This document shows positions 28,600 to 37,106 of a stretch of 48,954 nucleotides of DNA, piece after piece. The notes under the pieces are model-generated. The model made no database searches. It was not told where the DNA came from and saw nothing but the letters and a program-made list of their open reading frames with translations. Source of the stretch: an uncultured Candidatus Saccharibacteria bacterium (GTDB lineage: Bacteria; Patescibacteriota; Minisyncoccia; UBA6257; UBA9933). The stretch lies in NCBI GenBank assembly GCA_964428615.1, contig CAYRXZ010000004.1, forward strand, positions 1-48,954. Direction: 5' to 3'. The position numbers were made by a program, and so were the translations under genes. Numbering within the stretch: the first letter of the stretch is position 1; each line of letters opens with the position of its first letter.

Positions 28600-28607
28600 G
28601 TTTTTAT

Positions 28608-29630
28608 TTATTTTAACATTCCCAAATCAAGTGTTTCTTCATCTTTAGATTCTTTTTTCTCTCCAATTTCTGGCTTCTTTTCTCCAATTTTATTCTCTTC
28701 AATTTTCCCTTCATGTTCTATGATCGGGCTTTCCGCATAATTAACTACTTTTATAGCTTCAGAAATTTTATTATTTTCAACAAGACTCTCTCCAATATTT
28801 GTTTCTACAAAATTTTCTTTTTTGCCCAAAATCGGTTTCTCTATTTTTTCCTGTTCTTCTATTTTTATTTCCGGTTTATATTCCTCTTTTTTTTCTTCTA
28901 CCGCCTCAAATTCTCCCCCAAACTGCAGTTCCGCCTTAACTGGAGCATCTTCCTTTTTTGATTCATCTTTACTTCGTAGAAAATTAAACATTCCGCCCAA
29001 TGATTTCAATTTTCCGGAAAGCGGCTTAAATCCGGCTTCTTGATGAATAATTAATGGACCTTGTTCCTTAGGCGCTTCATTTTTCTCTGCTGATTCTATG
29101 GATATTATAGGCTCCGTAGGCGAGATAGATTCTGTAGGCGGTGTTTCAAAAGAAATTGTTATTGGTTCAGCTTTTGGTTTTTCAGAAGCTGAAACAATTT
29201 TTAAGTCTATCTTGTTTTCTTGGGGAACCTCATCTTCTATCACTTTAAATGAAAAGTCTGCCATTTTTTTCTTCAAATCAAGTACCAATTCTTCAGATTC
29301 CAATACTATCGGCTGATAAACTTTTTCTAGCTCTTTTTTGAGGGGGGAAAATATTTTTCTATCGATTTCCATAGCAATCGCCTTGGCAATTTCTATATTA
29401 ATATTCAAAGCTTCATGAATTTCCTGGGCAAAATCTTCGGGATGCAAAAATCCCATAAGTACATCCCCTGTCACAACTGCCACTTTATCAATTTTGTCTT
29501 CGGATAAATGCTGATTTTCACAAACGCGCCATAAAATTTCGGCGTTATATGCAGAAAAAATTGATTCTTTAAGAATATCCGGTAATGTCCCCCATCTTTT
29601 TAAAGCTTGATTTTGTGAAATTTTTATCAT
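28608..29630 (-). CDS. Hypothetical protein: helical N-domain plus long acidic/Pro-rich low-complexity tail
   Basis: 340-aa ORF within the operon; E/K/P-rich C-terminal two-thirds. Confidence 0.6.
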   Translation of the reverse strand: MIKISQNQALKRWGTLPDILKESIFSAYNAEILWRVCENQHLSEDKIDKVAVVTGDVLMGFLHPEDFAQEIHEALNINIEIAKAIAMEIDRKIFSPLKKELEKVYQPIVLESEELVLDLKKKMADFSFKVIEDEVPQENKIDLKIVSASEKPKAEPITISFETPPTESISPTEPIISIESAEKNEAPKEQGPLIIHQEAGFKPLSGKLKSLGGMFNFLRSKDESKKEDAPVKAELQFGGEFEAVEEKKEEYKPEIKIEEQEKIEKPILGKKENFVETNIGESLVENNKISEAIKVVNYAESPIIEHEGKIEENKIGEKKPEIGEKKESKDEETLDLGMLK

Positions 29631-29645
29631 AAAAAATTAATTTAT

Positions 29646-31643
29646 TTAAACTTTATTTTCTGTTTTTGATTCCGATTCTGATTTTGTTTCAGATGCTGAA
29701 CCGGGAAATTCCAATGATTCACCCATTAAACGTTTAGCCATAGTTTTTCGAAGCACATCGGAAACTTGACCAGGAATCTCTGATTTAGGATTTTCTCCTA
29801 TAATTTTAAGGGTTGCTTTTACTATTGCTGAATGGGTCGTACTAAAATTTTCCGGCGTTACATTGTTTAAAATTTTAACAACGTTACCAGGATTACTGGA
29901 AATAGCACTATGCGCAATTCCCTCTTGAAGCTCTTTATGTTTTTCTTCAGTTAAGCCAAATGAGGATTTTTCAGAAAAAATATTATTAGATTGCATTTTT
30001 TTCCAATCATCATTTGAAAACTTTGAAAAGAATTTTCCGCCTTCTTCGTAAAACTTTTTCATACTATCAGGTTCGTCTTTATCAAAAAGTTTTTTCATTT
30101 CTACGTTCATCCCAAGCGATTTCTCAATATCATTAAATGCCCCTGCTTGGCCATTTTTAGCGAATTCATTTTGAGTCTTTTGATCAATATATTTAAGAAC
30201 GTTTGGAACCCTACCTAATAATTTTTTCTCTTGCAGATGCGTTAAAATGGCTTGTCTGACCGGAGCTCCAGCATAACTAAGCATGGCAATATTTTCATTT
30301 AAGCTTCGATTCCCTGCTTCCTTTTTAGCTCTTTTAACTATGTCTTCTCCTCCGACAGTAGAAAGCTTAGCCACCCCTCTCGCTGCCAAGCCTGGAAGTA
30401 TTGTATACTTGGCAAGTTTTGACCCAGCAGACCAATCAGAAAGTCTTTGGGCATAAGATTTTTTGTCCCCTCCTTCTCCTCCTCTTTGTTTATTTAGCCA
30501 ACCAGTACCATATTGCAAACCTTTTCTCCCAGCCCAACCTCCAAACATCTTGCCACTATTCTGCGCCCAACCCATCGCAGTTGAAGCAAAGGTAATCCCC
30601 ATCTTATTTGCCGCAAATAATCCACCAAGTAGTAAACCTGTTGTAATTATAATTTGAGTAATATGATCAAAAAAATCAGGATTTAAAGTCATTGTACCCT
30701 CAAATGTCTTTTCTATTTTTACATTTTGTTGCTGGTCAAAACTAGAAATTTTTCTAATTTCTTGCAATTGTTTACCACTTGAAACTACCAATACAATAAA
30801 AAATAAAACTATGGGCGCAAAAAACGTCCAACGAATAAAATTACTCCACCATTCAGACCAATATTTTTGTGTTCCCGGAAAAATCCATAAAAGCCAAACT
30901 ATTGGCATTACGACCAACAAAACCCCTAGGGTAATCACTCTAATTAAAAGCATAATAAATAAAGCAAAAAAAGTTAAAATAATAATAAAATTGAAAACAA
31001 TTACAAAGAAAAGACTTGCCATGTATTTAAAGAAATTAACAAGGGAAACCAAACTAAGAAAAGACGTATCACCAACTTTAACAAGTCCTTGAGGATTAAG
31101 AACCCCCATTAAACCGTCCGCTAAACTTTTTCTCTCTAAACTCTGCAAAAAAAAGTCGGTAAAAATATTTGAAACCGAGATAAAAGCTCCAGCAATCGTC
31201 AAACTAAAATTAATTAATAGCGCGGCGACAATAAGCTTCCAAAGCGTTTGTTTCATTGAATAACTTTGAACCCTAAATATCGTGGCAAAAGCTATTGCTA
31301 TAATCGCGAAAACAAATCCTAAATTGGCGAAACCTATCATTGTCTGTGAGCCAGTTTGTATAATAGGCAAAGCTATTACGTTTTTCCCAATACTGATTGA
31401 AAAATCTATTAAATAACTAAAAAGACTTATTAACCCAAAAGAAATAAACAATAAAAAATTTAAAATACCCGATTGCCCCAAATCTTTTGTTAAACCGCTA
31501 GCTGCTGAATTACTGCCCGAGTCAATCGGAATACTAGTAGTGCTTGTTGTGGAGCTCTGAGCAAATACATTACCCCAAATCAAAAATACCATACTGAAAA
31601 CCAGCAATGTAAAAATTATTTTATGTTTATTTTTTATTTTCAT
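29646..31643 (-). CDS. VirB6/TrbL-like polytopic membrane protein with long cytoplasmic tail
   Basis: LIVAALLINFS; LLIRVITLGVLLVVMPIVWLLWIFP...WSEWW...FFAP. Start at ATG 31643 (ATGA overlap). Confidence 0.72.
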   Translation of the reverse strand: MKIKNKHKIIFTLLVFSMVFLIWGNVFAQSSTTSTTSIPIDSGSNSAASGLTKDLGQSGILNFLLFISFGLISLFSYLIDFSISIGKNVIALPIIQTGSQTMIGFANLGFVFAIIAIAFATIFRVQSYSMKQTLWKLIVAALLINFSLTIAGAFISVSNIFTDFFLQSLERKSLADGLMGVLNPQGLVKVGDTSFLSLVSLVNFFKYMASLFFVIVFNFIIILTFFALFIMLLIRVITLGVLLVVMPIVWLLWIFPGTQKYWSEWWSNFIRWTFFAPIVLFFIVLVVSSGKQLQEIRKISSFDQQQNVKIEKTFEGTMTLNPDFFDHITQIIITTGLLLGGLFAANKMGITFASTAMGWAQNSGKMFGGWAGRKGLQYGTGWLNKQRGGEGGDKKSYAQRLSDWSAGSKLAKYTILPGLAARGVAKLSTVGGEDIVKRAKKEAGNRSLNENIAMLSYAGAPVRQAILTHLQEKKLLGRVPNVLKYIDQKTQNEFAKNGQAGAFNDIEKSLGMNVEMKKLFDKDEPDSMKKFYEEGGKFFSKFSNDDWKKMQSNNIFSEKSSFGLTEEKHKELQEGIAHSAISSNPGNVVKILNNVTPENFSTTHSAIVKATLKIIGENPKSEIPGQVSDVLRKTMAKRLMGESLEFPGSASETKSESESKTENKV

Positions 31644-33205
31644 GGAATAGCACAAGCACTTAATGCTTCTTGGGCAAGCCTTGCTTTATTTTCCTTATCG
31701 GCAACTTCCTTGTCGGCTTCGGAGGTAATGCCCAACTCTTCATCTAAAACTGGAGTTAGGTATTTTTGATTGTTATATTTATTTATAAACCCGAAAAAGA
31801 GCTCTTGCGCCTTAGCCATTGTAAGAGGATCTCCCAGTGTTGATGTTGAATTTGAAGTTGTAGAAGTCGCGGATGTTGGCATTGTTGAAGTTGAAGTCAC
31901 ACCCAAATAAAGAATATTAATCTGGTCAATTGTACTGCTGGCTTCTAAAATCATTTCTTTAAAATCTTTTACTTTCTCTTCTAATTTAGTTTGGTCGGTA
32001 TTGGCTTTTTCAAGAGCTTGGTCAACACTTCCCACTTTATAAGCATCTAATATATTTTCTACCCCAGGCTCTTTTTCTATTGTGCACGACTTTTCTTTTA
32101 TCTTTTTAAGAACACCTACTATTTCAGTATTGAAACTAAGCGCCTTATTATATTTTGTTAACATACCCTTCCACCCGTCAAGAAACCTTTTTATTGATTC
32201 TGTCATTTTGCTTTGACCACTTCTGAGATTTTGGGCTATAGCATTATTATACGCTGCTGTGTAACCGGCGGCGGAATTAACGTTGGAAGAATTTGAATCT
32301 TTCATCGTGCTAATCCCTTCTTTAACCAAACGATCAATAAGAGCGTTTACCAGCGCGGCGGCAACAGACTGAATATTAGCCGCCCATTGAGAATCAGAAG
32401 TTATGGCGCTTGCCACTGCTGTGCTAACAACATTTCCCGGCGTGGTATTTTCTAAATTTTTCTCTTGGCAATAATTACCTTGAAAATCTTTTACTAAATA
32501 CAAGTTATCTATATCGGAAGGAGAGGGATTTGTAACTCCGCCACCCTTACATCTTTTAACCGATAAAAATCCGCTGCCCGCCTGAACCTCTTTTGATGCT
32601 GCATCTACTGCCTTTGCAGTTCGCTCATTAAGCTCGGCGCTAACCATAAGCGCCGTTCCATAATAATTATTTTGGGGTTGCATTACCTCAGCATATCCAA
32701 TCCATCCGCCCTTGCTGAAATCGCTATAAAAATTATCGATATTATCAACAATATTATCTAAAGTACATTTAACACTTTCTGAGAATTTCGGCGTTGGCTG
32801 AAGCTGTAACATAATTTGCGCTTTAAATGGCGAACAAAGAAAAGCAGCGTCTGTTTGAAGTACAACGTCTCCAACTGCCGCGCTGGCAGAATCACGCAAA
32901 AATCCTTGAAAATCAGTAACAAATTGAGGACTGCCCCCTCCTTGAATCCATGTAATTGTCTGGTCTGTCATATAATCCAAAAGACGCTTGGCAATAACAT
33001 CGCGCAATATTTCCTGCCAATTTTCTGCCAACCACTCACCTACTGTTACCACGAAATTCGCAATATCTACCGGAAGAAGTGAAAGAATCGCTTCGGCTTT
33101 CTGAGGAGAAGGACTGAAAAATATCGGCTTTAAAGAACCGGATAAGTTAAATATCAGCGTGAAAACAAGTATGAAAATTACGATTTTTTTGAGAGAATAG
33201 TTCAT
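31640..33205 (-). CDS. Exported hypothetical protein of the T4SS-like cluster
   Basis: Signal peptide (KAEA), helical, Cys pairs (LCSPF, KCTL), GGW, TTPG, coiled-coil C-terminus. Confidence 0.6.
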   Translation of the reverse strand: MNYSLKKIVIFILVFTLIFNLSGSLKPIFFSPSPQKAEAILSLLPVDIANFVVTVGEWLAENWQEILRDVIAKRLLDYMTDQTITWIQGGGSPQFVTDFQGFLRDSASAAVGDVVLQTDAAFLCSPFKAQIMLQLQPTPKFSESVKCTLDNIVDNIDNFYSDFSKGGWIGYAEVMQPQNNYYGTALMVSAELNERTAKAVDAASKEVQAGSGFLSVKRCKGGGVTNPSPSDIDNLYLVKDFQGNYCQEKNLENTTPGNVVSTAVASAITSDSQWAANIQSVAAALVNALIDRLVKEGISTMKDSNSSNVNSAAGYTAAYNNAIAQNLRSGQSKMTESIKRFLDGWKGMLTKYNKALSFNTEIVGVLKKIKEKSCTIEKEPGVENILDAYKVGSVDQALEKANTDQTKLEEKVKDFKEMILEASSTIDQINILYLGVTSTSTMPTSATSTTSNSTSTLGDPLTMAKAQELFFGFINKYNNQKYLTPVLDEELGITSEADKEVADKENKARLAQEALSACAIP

Positions 33206-34035
33206 TTAACCCCAAATTCTTTTTCTATATTGTAATATTCTTCCTTTATTCCCATTTCCGCCTTAATCATGTCAGGAAGGGCGTTGCCAAGCAAAGACGC
33301 TTTCACTGGATCATTTTGAAAATCGGCCATACCGCGATAAACAACCTCTGTTTGTTTTAACACCATAAGATAGCGTTTATGTAAACCAAGCCAATCCGAA
33401 GGAACCGGCGTGTTTAAAAAATTTTTGTAAGTTTCCGCGTAATAGTTGATTACTTTGTTTATATCGGAAGCATCGCCATATATTAGCTTATTAAGAGCTT
33501 TAATGAGATCTGTTGAAAATACATTAGAATTATTTCTGACGATTTTATTTATTGATTCCAAATAAAATCTTTTCGCTTCAAGAGAATTGTCCTGCGAAAT
33601 TTTCAAATCGTTGTCGCTTATTGGTTCTTCAAAAAGCGACATATTTTGCGCGTCTGCCATCGCTTTTTTAATTATTTCCTGATTTTCCGAATCATTCGGG
33701 TTAAAATCTTTTCCACTTTGACTTAAATATTGTATTTGACCGCCCATTGATTTAGCGACGAATTCCGTCAAATTTAGAGACGTTTTATCATTAGAAACAT
33801 TTTTATCAATTTCCTCGTTTAAGCTCGAACTTCCAGCCGGATTAGAAATAAAATCCATTATTTTTTCCACCCATTGAATAGGATTTTTGCTTAAAATTTC
33901 ATTATTTAATTTAGAAATTTCGTCGTTCGCGCCCGATGAAACAGCCCGAGAATCCGAGCTTTTCAAAATAAGATAAGAACTGACTAAACCCATTAAAATA
34001 ACCAAAATAATTGAGATATTTTTTGCGCGTTTCAT
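33202..34035 (-). CDS. Membrane-anchored helical hypothetical protein
   Basis: N-terminal TM; PVPSDWLGLH...NDPVKA; ATGA overlap with the next gene. Confidence 0.6.
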   Translation of the reverse strand: MKRAKNISIILVILMGLVSSYLILKSSDSRAVSSGANDEISKLNNEILSKNPIQWVEKIMDFISNPAGSSSLNEEIDKNVSNDKTSLNLTEFVAKSMGGQIQYLSQSGKDFNPNDSENQEIIKKAMADAQNMSLFEEPISDNDLKISQDNSLEAKRFYLESINKIVRNNSNVFSTDLIKALNKLIYGDASDINKVINYYAETYKNFLNTPVPSDWLGLHKRYLMVLKQTEVVYRGMADFQNDPVKASLLGNALPDMIKAEMGIKEEYYNIEKEFGVK

Positions 34036-34093
34036 TGTTATTATTATAAAACATAACGGGATTAAAACAACGTTAATAACTAAAAATTTTGCT

Positions 34094-35617
34094 TTATAAA
34101 AAAGAGTAATAAAATTCAGTATAAGAAGGGAAATAGTTATTTATTAAGGGTATCATCAGTTTTTCTACCGGCGCAAAATCATCGGTCAAAATTAAAGCGT
34201 TATTTTCTGATGGCTTTTTAAGGACTAATTTTGACGACAAGAAATCGCCGTCTTTTAATGATTTAATTTTTTCCTTTAGATCTAAAGGGTTAATCTGATT
34301 AGAAGAATTAATACCTACTAATATTATGTTTTGAGAATCGAAAATAGAAGAACCAAAGGAAAAAATTTGGTAATTATCAAATGTCTTTTTAAAAGTTGAA
34401 AGCATGCTTCGGAAAAAAGCTGAATTTTCGCCCTGAAGCGCCGAAAGGAAATTAACCGCGTAAATTCCTTCTTCATTAAGATGGCTTTTAGCTAAATTAT
34501 TAAATTCATTAGTAGTTAAATGCCAAGGCACCGAAACAAAAGAGTTGTAAACGTCGGAAAATATCAAATCGTATTTTTCATTATTCCTTACCAGAAAAAC
34601 ACGACCATCAGAAATATCTGTTTTTATCGGGTATGATTTGAGATTAAAAAATTTTTCGGCGGTTTCATTAACCATTGGGTCAATTTCAACGACAGTAACC
34701 TGGGAATCTTTATAAAAATCAACAAATTTCTTAGCGATTGAATAAGAGCCGCCACCCAAGTTAAGAATATTTTTAATATTAGAATTTAAAACTGAAAAAA
34801 CCGGATAAATCCTTGGATAAGCGTCCAAATCTTGACCATCCAATCCTTCCACACTATGAGAATCAAAATCTAAAAATAATATTCTTATTCGGCCAAAAAT
34901 ATCATGAATGGTATCAACGATCCGAATAGTATAATAATTACTTTCTTTTCTAAAAACATCATTGTCCTTCTGGCGAACTATCTGGAATAAATAAAATACA
35001 GCCGCCAATAAGACAAATAAAATGATTAAGGTTTTAATTTTAGGACGGTAGAAAAATAATCCATTAATAAAGAAAATAATGGAAATTATAAATATTGTGG
35101 TAGAACTGCCGAAATAGCCTAAAAACAAGAATCCGGTTAAAAAAGTGCCGACAATACTGCCGATCGACCAAAACATAGATAATATTCCCGACTTCTTGCC
35201 AACCACCGCTATATTCTCTAAATAAAATTTAAGGAGAGAGGGGTAGAGGGTACCGATAAAAATAGCGGGAAGAAGAAATAATATTAGAGAAATTAAAATA
35301 ACCGTAGTTATTAATGGTAAGTCTAAAGAAACAAAAAGCGATGATTGGTTTGATAGGATGGGAATGAAAGCGACAAAAAATGACGATAATATAAAAAAAA
35401 TGAAGAGTGTTTTTGACGAATAGTATCTGTCAATTAAACGCCCGCCTAAATAGCTACCGATTGCCAACCCCAATAAAATAATACCAATTACCGATGTCCA
35501 TGTATAAATTGAAGCACCGACATAAACAGCTAAAATTCTTGTTGAAGTCAACTCAACGACCATTAGAGAAAATCCAGCGATAAAAGACGAAATTAAAAAT
35601 AAAGATTTCTTTGTCAT
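34094..35617 (-). CDS. Fused membrane (MFS-like)/spermidine synthase-like SAM-binding protein
   Basis: GFSLMVVEL...G.S.YTW...GSIVGTF TM domain; LNLGGGSYS, VVEIDP, DGRVFL, DLIFSDVY, LTDDFAPVE. Confidence 0.85.
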   Translation of the reverse strand: MTKKSLFLISSFIAGFSLMVVELTSTRILAVYVGASIYTWTSVIGIILLGLAIGSYLGGRLIDRYYSSKTLFIFFILSSFFVAFIPILSNQSSLFVSLDLPLITTVILISLILFLLPAIFIGTLYPSLLKFYLENIAVVGKKSGILSMFWSIGSIVGTFLTGFLFLGYFGSSTTIFIISIIFFINGLFFYRPKIKTLIILFVLLAAVFYLFQIVRQKDNDVFRKESNYYTIRIVDTIHDIFGRIRILFLDFDSHSVEGLDGQDLDAYPRIYPVFSVLNSNIKNILNLGGGSYSIAKKFVDFYKDSQVTVVEIDPMVNETAEKFFNLKSYPIKTDISDGRVFLVRNNEKYDLIFSDVYNSFVSVPWHLTTNEFNNLAKSHLNEEGIYAVNFLSALQGENSAFFRSMLSTFKKTFDNYQIFSFGSSIFDSQNIILVGINSSNQINPLDLKEKIKSLKDGDFLSSKLVLKKPSENNALILTDDFAPVEKLMIPLINNYFPSYTEFYYSFL

Positions 35618-35619
35618 CT

Positions 35620-36426
35620 TTAAATTATCTCATATTTTAACATCTCTTTCAATTTTCCCATTTCTAAATTTTGAGGCCTATCTGATGGATTAATGCCGGC
35701 TTTTAATAATTTTTTCCGACATTTATCCGCGTCTATTTTTTTTGCGCCGCAAAGATTATTAAAAATAGTTTTTCTCGGCTGTTTAAATAAGATTTTAATA
35801 AGTTTATAATAATTTTCGCTTTTTACTTGTTGTTTATCGCTTGTCGCTTTCAATTTAATTATCGCTGAATCAACCTTTGGCGCAGGCCTAAAATCTTTTT
35901 TTGAAATATAACCGATAATTTTCGGTTCTGCCCAAAATTGCACGCTTGCCGCAAGCAAATTCATTTTCGGCGGTTTCGCCGATATTCTTTGAGCTACTTC
36001 TTTTTGAATTGTTAAAATCATTAATTCCGGTTTTAACTCTAATTCACTTACAATTCTTAACAAATAACCGGTAATGTAATAAGGAATATTGCCTACTATC
36101 TTAAAACTCAAAGCTTGAAGTTTAAAACCTCCGAATAACACGGGCAAAACCTTTAACACATCGCCTTCAATAATTTCAATATTTTTATCTTTAGAAAATT
36201 TTTCTTTTAACGCTTTCGCAAACTCCGTATCTTTTTCAATAGCTATAATTCTTAATTCTTTATTCTTAATTCTTAATTCTTCAGTAAGCTCCCCATGTCC
36301 CGACCCGATTTCGATAACCGTGTCGCCTTTTTTTAATTCCAAAACATCTGCGATTTTCCGCAGTTTAGATTTATTCATCAAAAAATTCTGACCCAAGCTT
36401 TTCTTAGCGCGTATTTTTTTAAACAT
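35620..36426 (-). CDS. rsmA: 16S rRNA m6,2A dimethyltransferase KsgA
   Basis: KKSLGQNFL, IEIGSGHGELT, VGNIPYYIT, QKEVAQRI, PKVDSA. Confidence 0.96.
   Translation of the reverse strand: MFKKIRAKKSLGQNFLMNKSKLRKIADVLELKKGDTVIEIGSGHGELTEELRIKNKELRIIAIEKDTEFAKALKEKFSKDKNIEIIEGDVLKVLPVLFGGFKLQALSFKIVGNIPYYITGYLLRIVSELELKPELMILTIQKEVAQRISAKPPKMNLLAASVQFWAEPKIIGYISKKDFRPAPKVDSAIIKLKATSDKQQVKSENYYKLIKILFKQPRKTIFNNLCGAKKIDADKCRKKLLKAGINPSDRPQNLEMGKLKEMLKYEII
35815..35849 (-). repeat. Degenerate heptamer array (AAGCGAC-like x5) in-frame in rsmA
   Basis: Sense AAGCGAC AAGCGAT AAACAAC AAGTAAA AAGCGAA. Confidence 0.5.
36246..36280 (-). repeat. Heptamer array (AGAATTA x5) in-frame in rsmA (ELRIKNKELRI)
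   Basis: Plus strand taattct taattct ttattct taattct taattct. Confidence 0.85.
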
Positions 36427-36532
36427 TATTAATTAAAAAAATTTAATATATCCTCCCAAGCCATTATTAAAATCAATGCAAAATATAAAAAATAAATAAT
36501 CTATCTAAATAATTCGCGCAGTCCACACATAT

Positions 36533-36558
36533 CCATGCTTTCCTATAGGAAAGCATGG
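36533..36558. repeat. 26-bp perfect palindrome downstream of TrpR-like gene
   Basis: CCATGCTTTCCTATAGGAAAGCATGG. Confidence 0.9.
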
Positions 36559-36569
36559 CTGATATAAAA

Positions 36570-37004
36570 TTAATCTTGATAATTTAAATATTTCCATCTT
36601 CCCTTAGCGCGACTTTCGGGGAATGGGAAGCCTGCCCAATAATCAAATATCGTTCGTCCGGGCAAAGGTTTTATCCTTTTTATTTTCTCTTTCTTGCTTA
36701 TTTCATCATAATAATAACTACTTTTATATCCCTTATCTTCAACAATGCTTTTCTTTATGGCACTAATGGTTTTTGAAGAAACCCATAAAATTCTACTAAT
36801 TTCTTTATAGCTTTTACCCGCTCTGATCATAGAAAAAATTGCCAATCTTCTCATTGATGCTTTTTTCTCATCATCGCTTAATAAATTATCAAAAAAATTC
36901 GCTAATTGTTTTGCGGATTTTCCCCTTTCCATACTTTTCAAAAATTCTTTCCAGGCATGTTCTTCCCAATATTTTCTATCTTCTTTTGCTAAATGTTTTT
37001 TCAC
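36570..37004 (-). CDS. TrpR/YerC-YecD-like helix-turn-helix protein
   Basis: FFDNLLSDDEK...RRLAI...GKSYKEISRILWVSSKTISAIK matches the TrpR-family LLT..E....RRL....L..G.SY.EI...L.VS..TI pattern. Confidence 0.8.
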   Translation of the reverse strand: MKKHLAKEDRKYWEEHAWKEFLKSMERGKSAKQLANFFDNLLSDDEKKASMRRLAIFSMIRAGKSYKEISRILWVSSKTISAIKKSIVEDKGYKSSYYYDEISKKEKIKRIKPLPGRTIFDYWAGFPFPESRAKGRWKYLNYQD

Positions 37005-37032
37005 GAGCTTAATACTTTTTCATGAACTTCCG

Positions 37033-37054
37033 ATACTTTCCTATAGGAAAGTAT
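37033..37054. promoter_or_regulatory. 22-bp perfect palindrome (candidate operator) upstream of TrpR-like gene
   Basis: ATACTTTCCTATAGGAAAGTAT, 7 nt downstream of a minus-strand TATAAT (37062-37067); shares its 16-bp core with 36533-36558. Confidence 0.75.
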
Positions 37055-37106
37055 ACGTTTTATTATAAATTCAATTTTAAAATAAGTTTTTATTTAAAAT
37101 CTTTAG

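Noticed and set aside
21096-34035. Calling the VirB4 cluster an ICE/conjugative mobile element
   Set aside because: No relaxase, coupling protein, integrase, boundary repeats or compositional shift in the window.
36246-36280. CRISPR array or DGR suggested by short repeats
   Set aside because: No repeat-spacer periodicity, cas genes, reverse transcriptase or TR/VR pair anywhere in the window.
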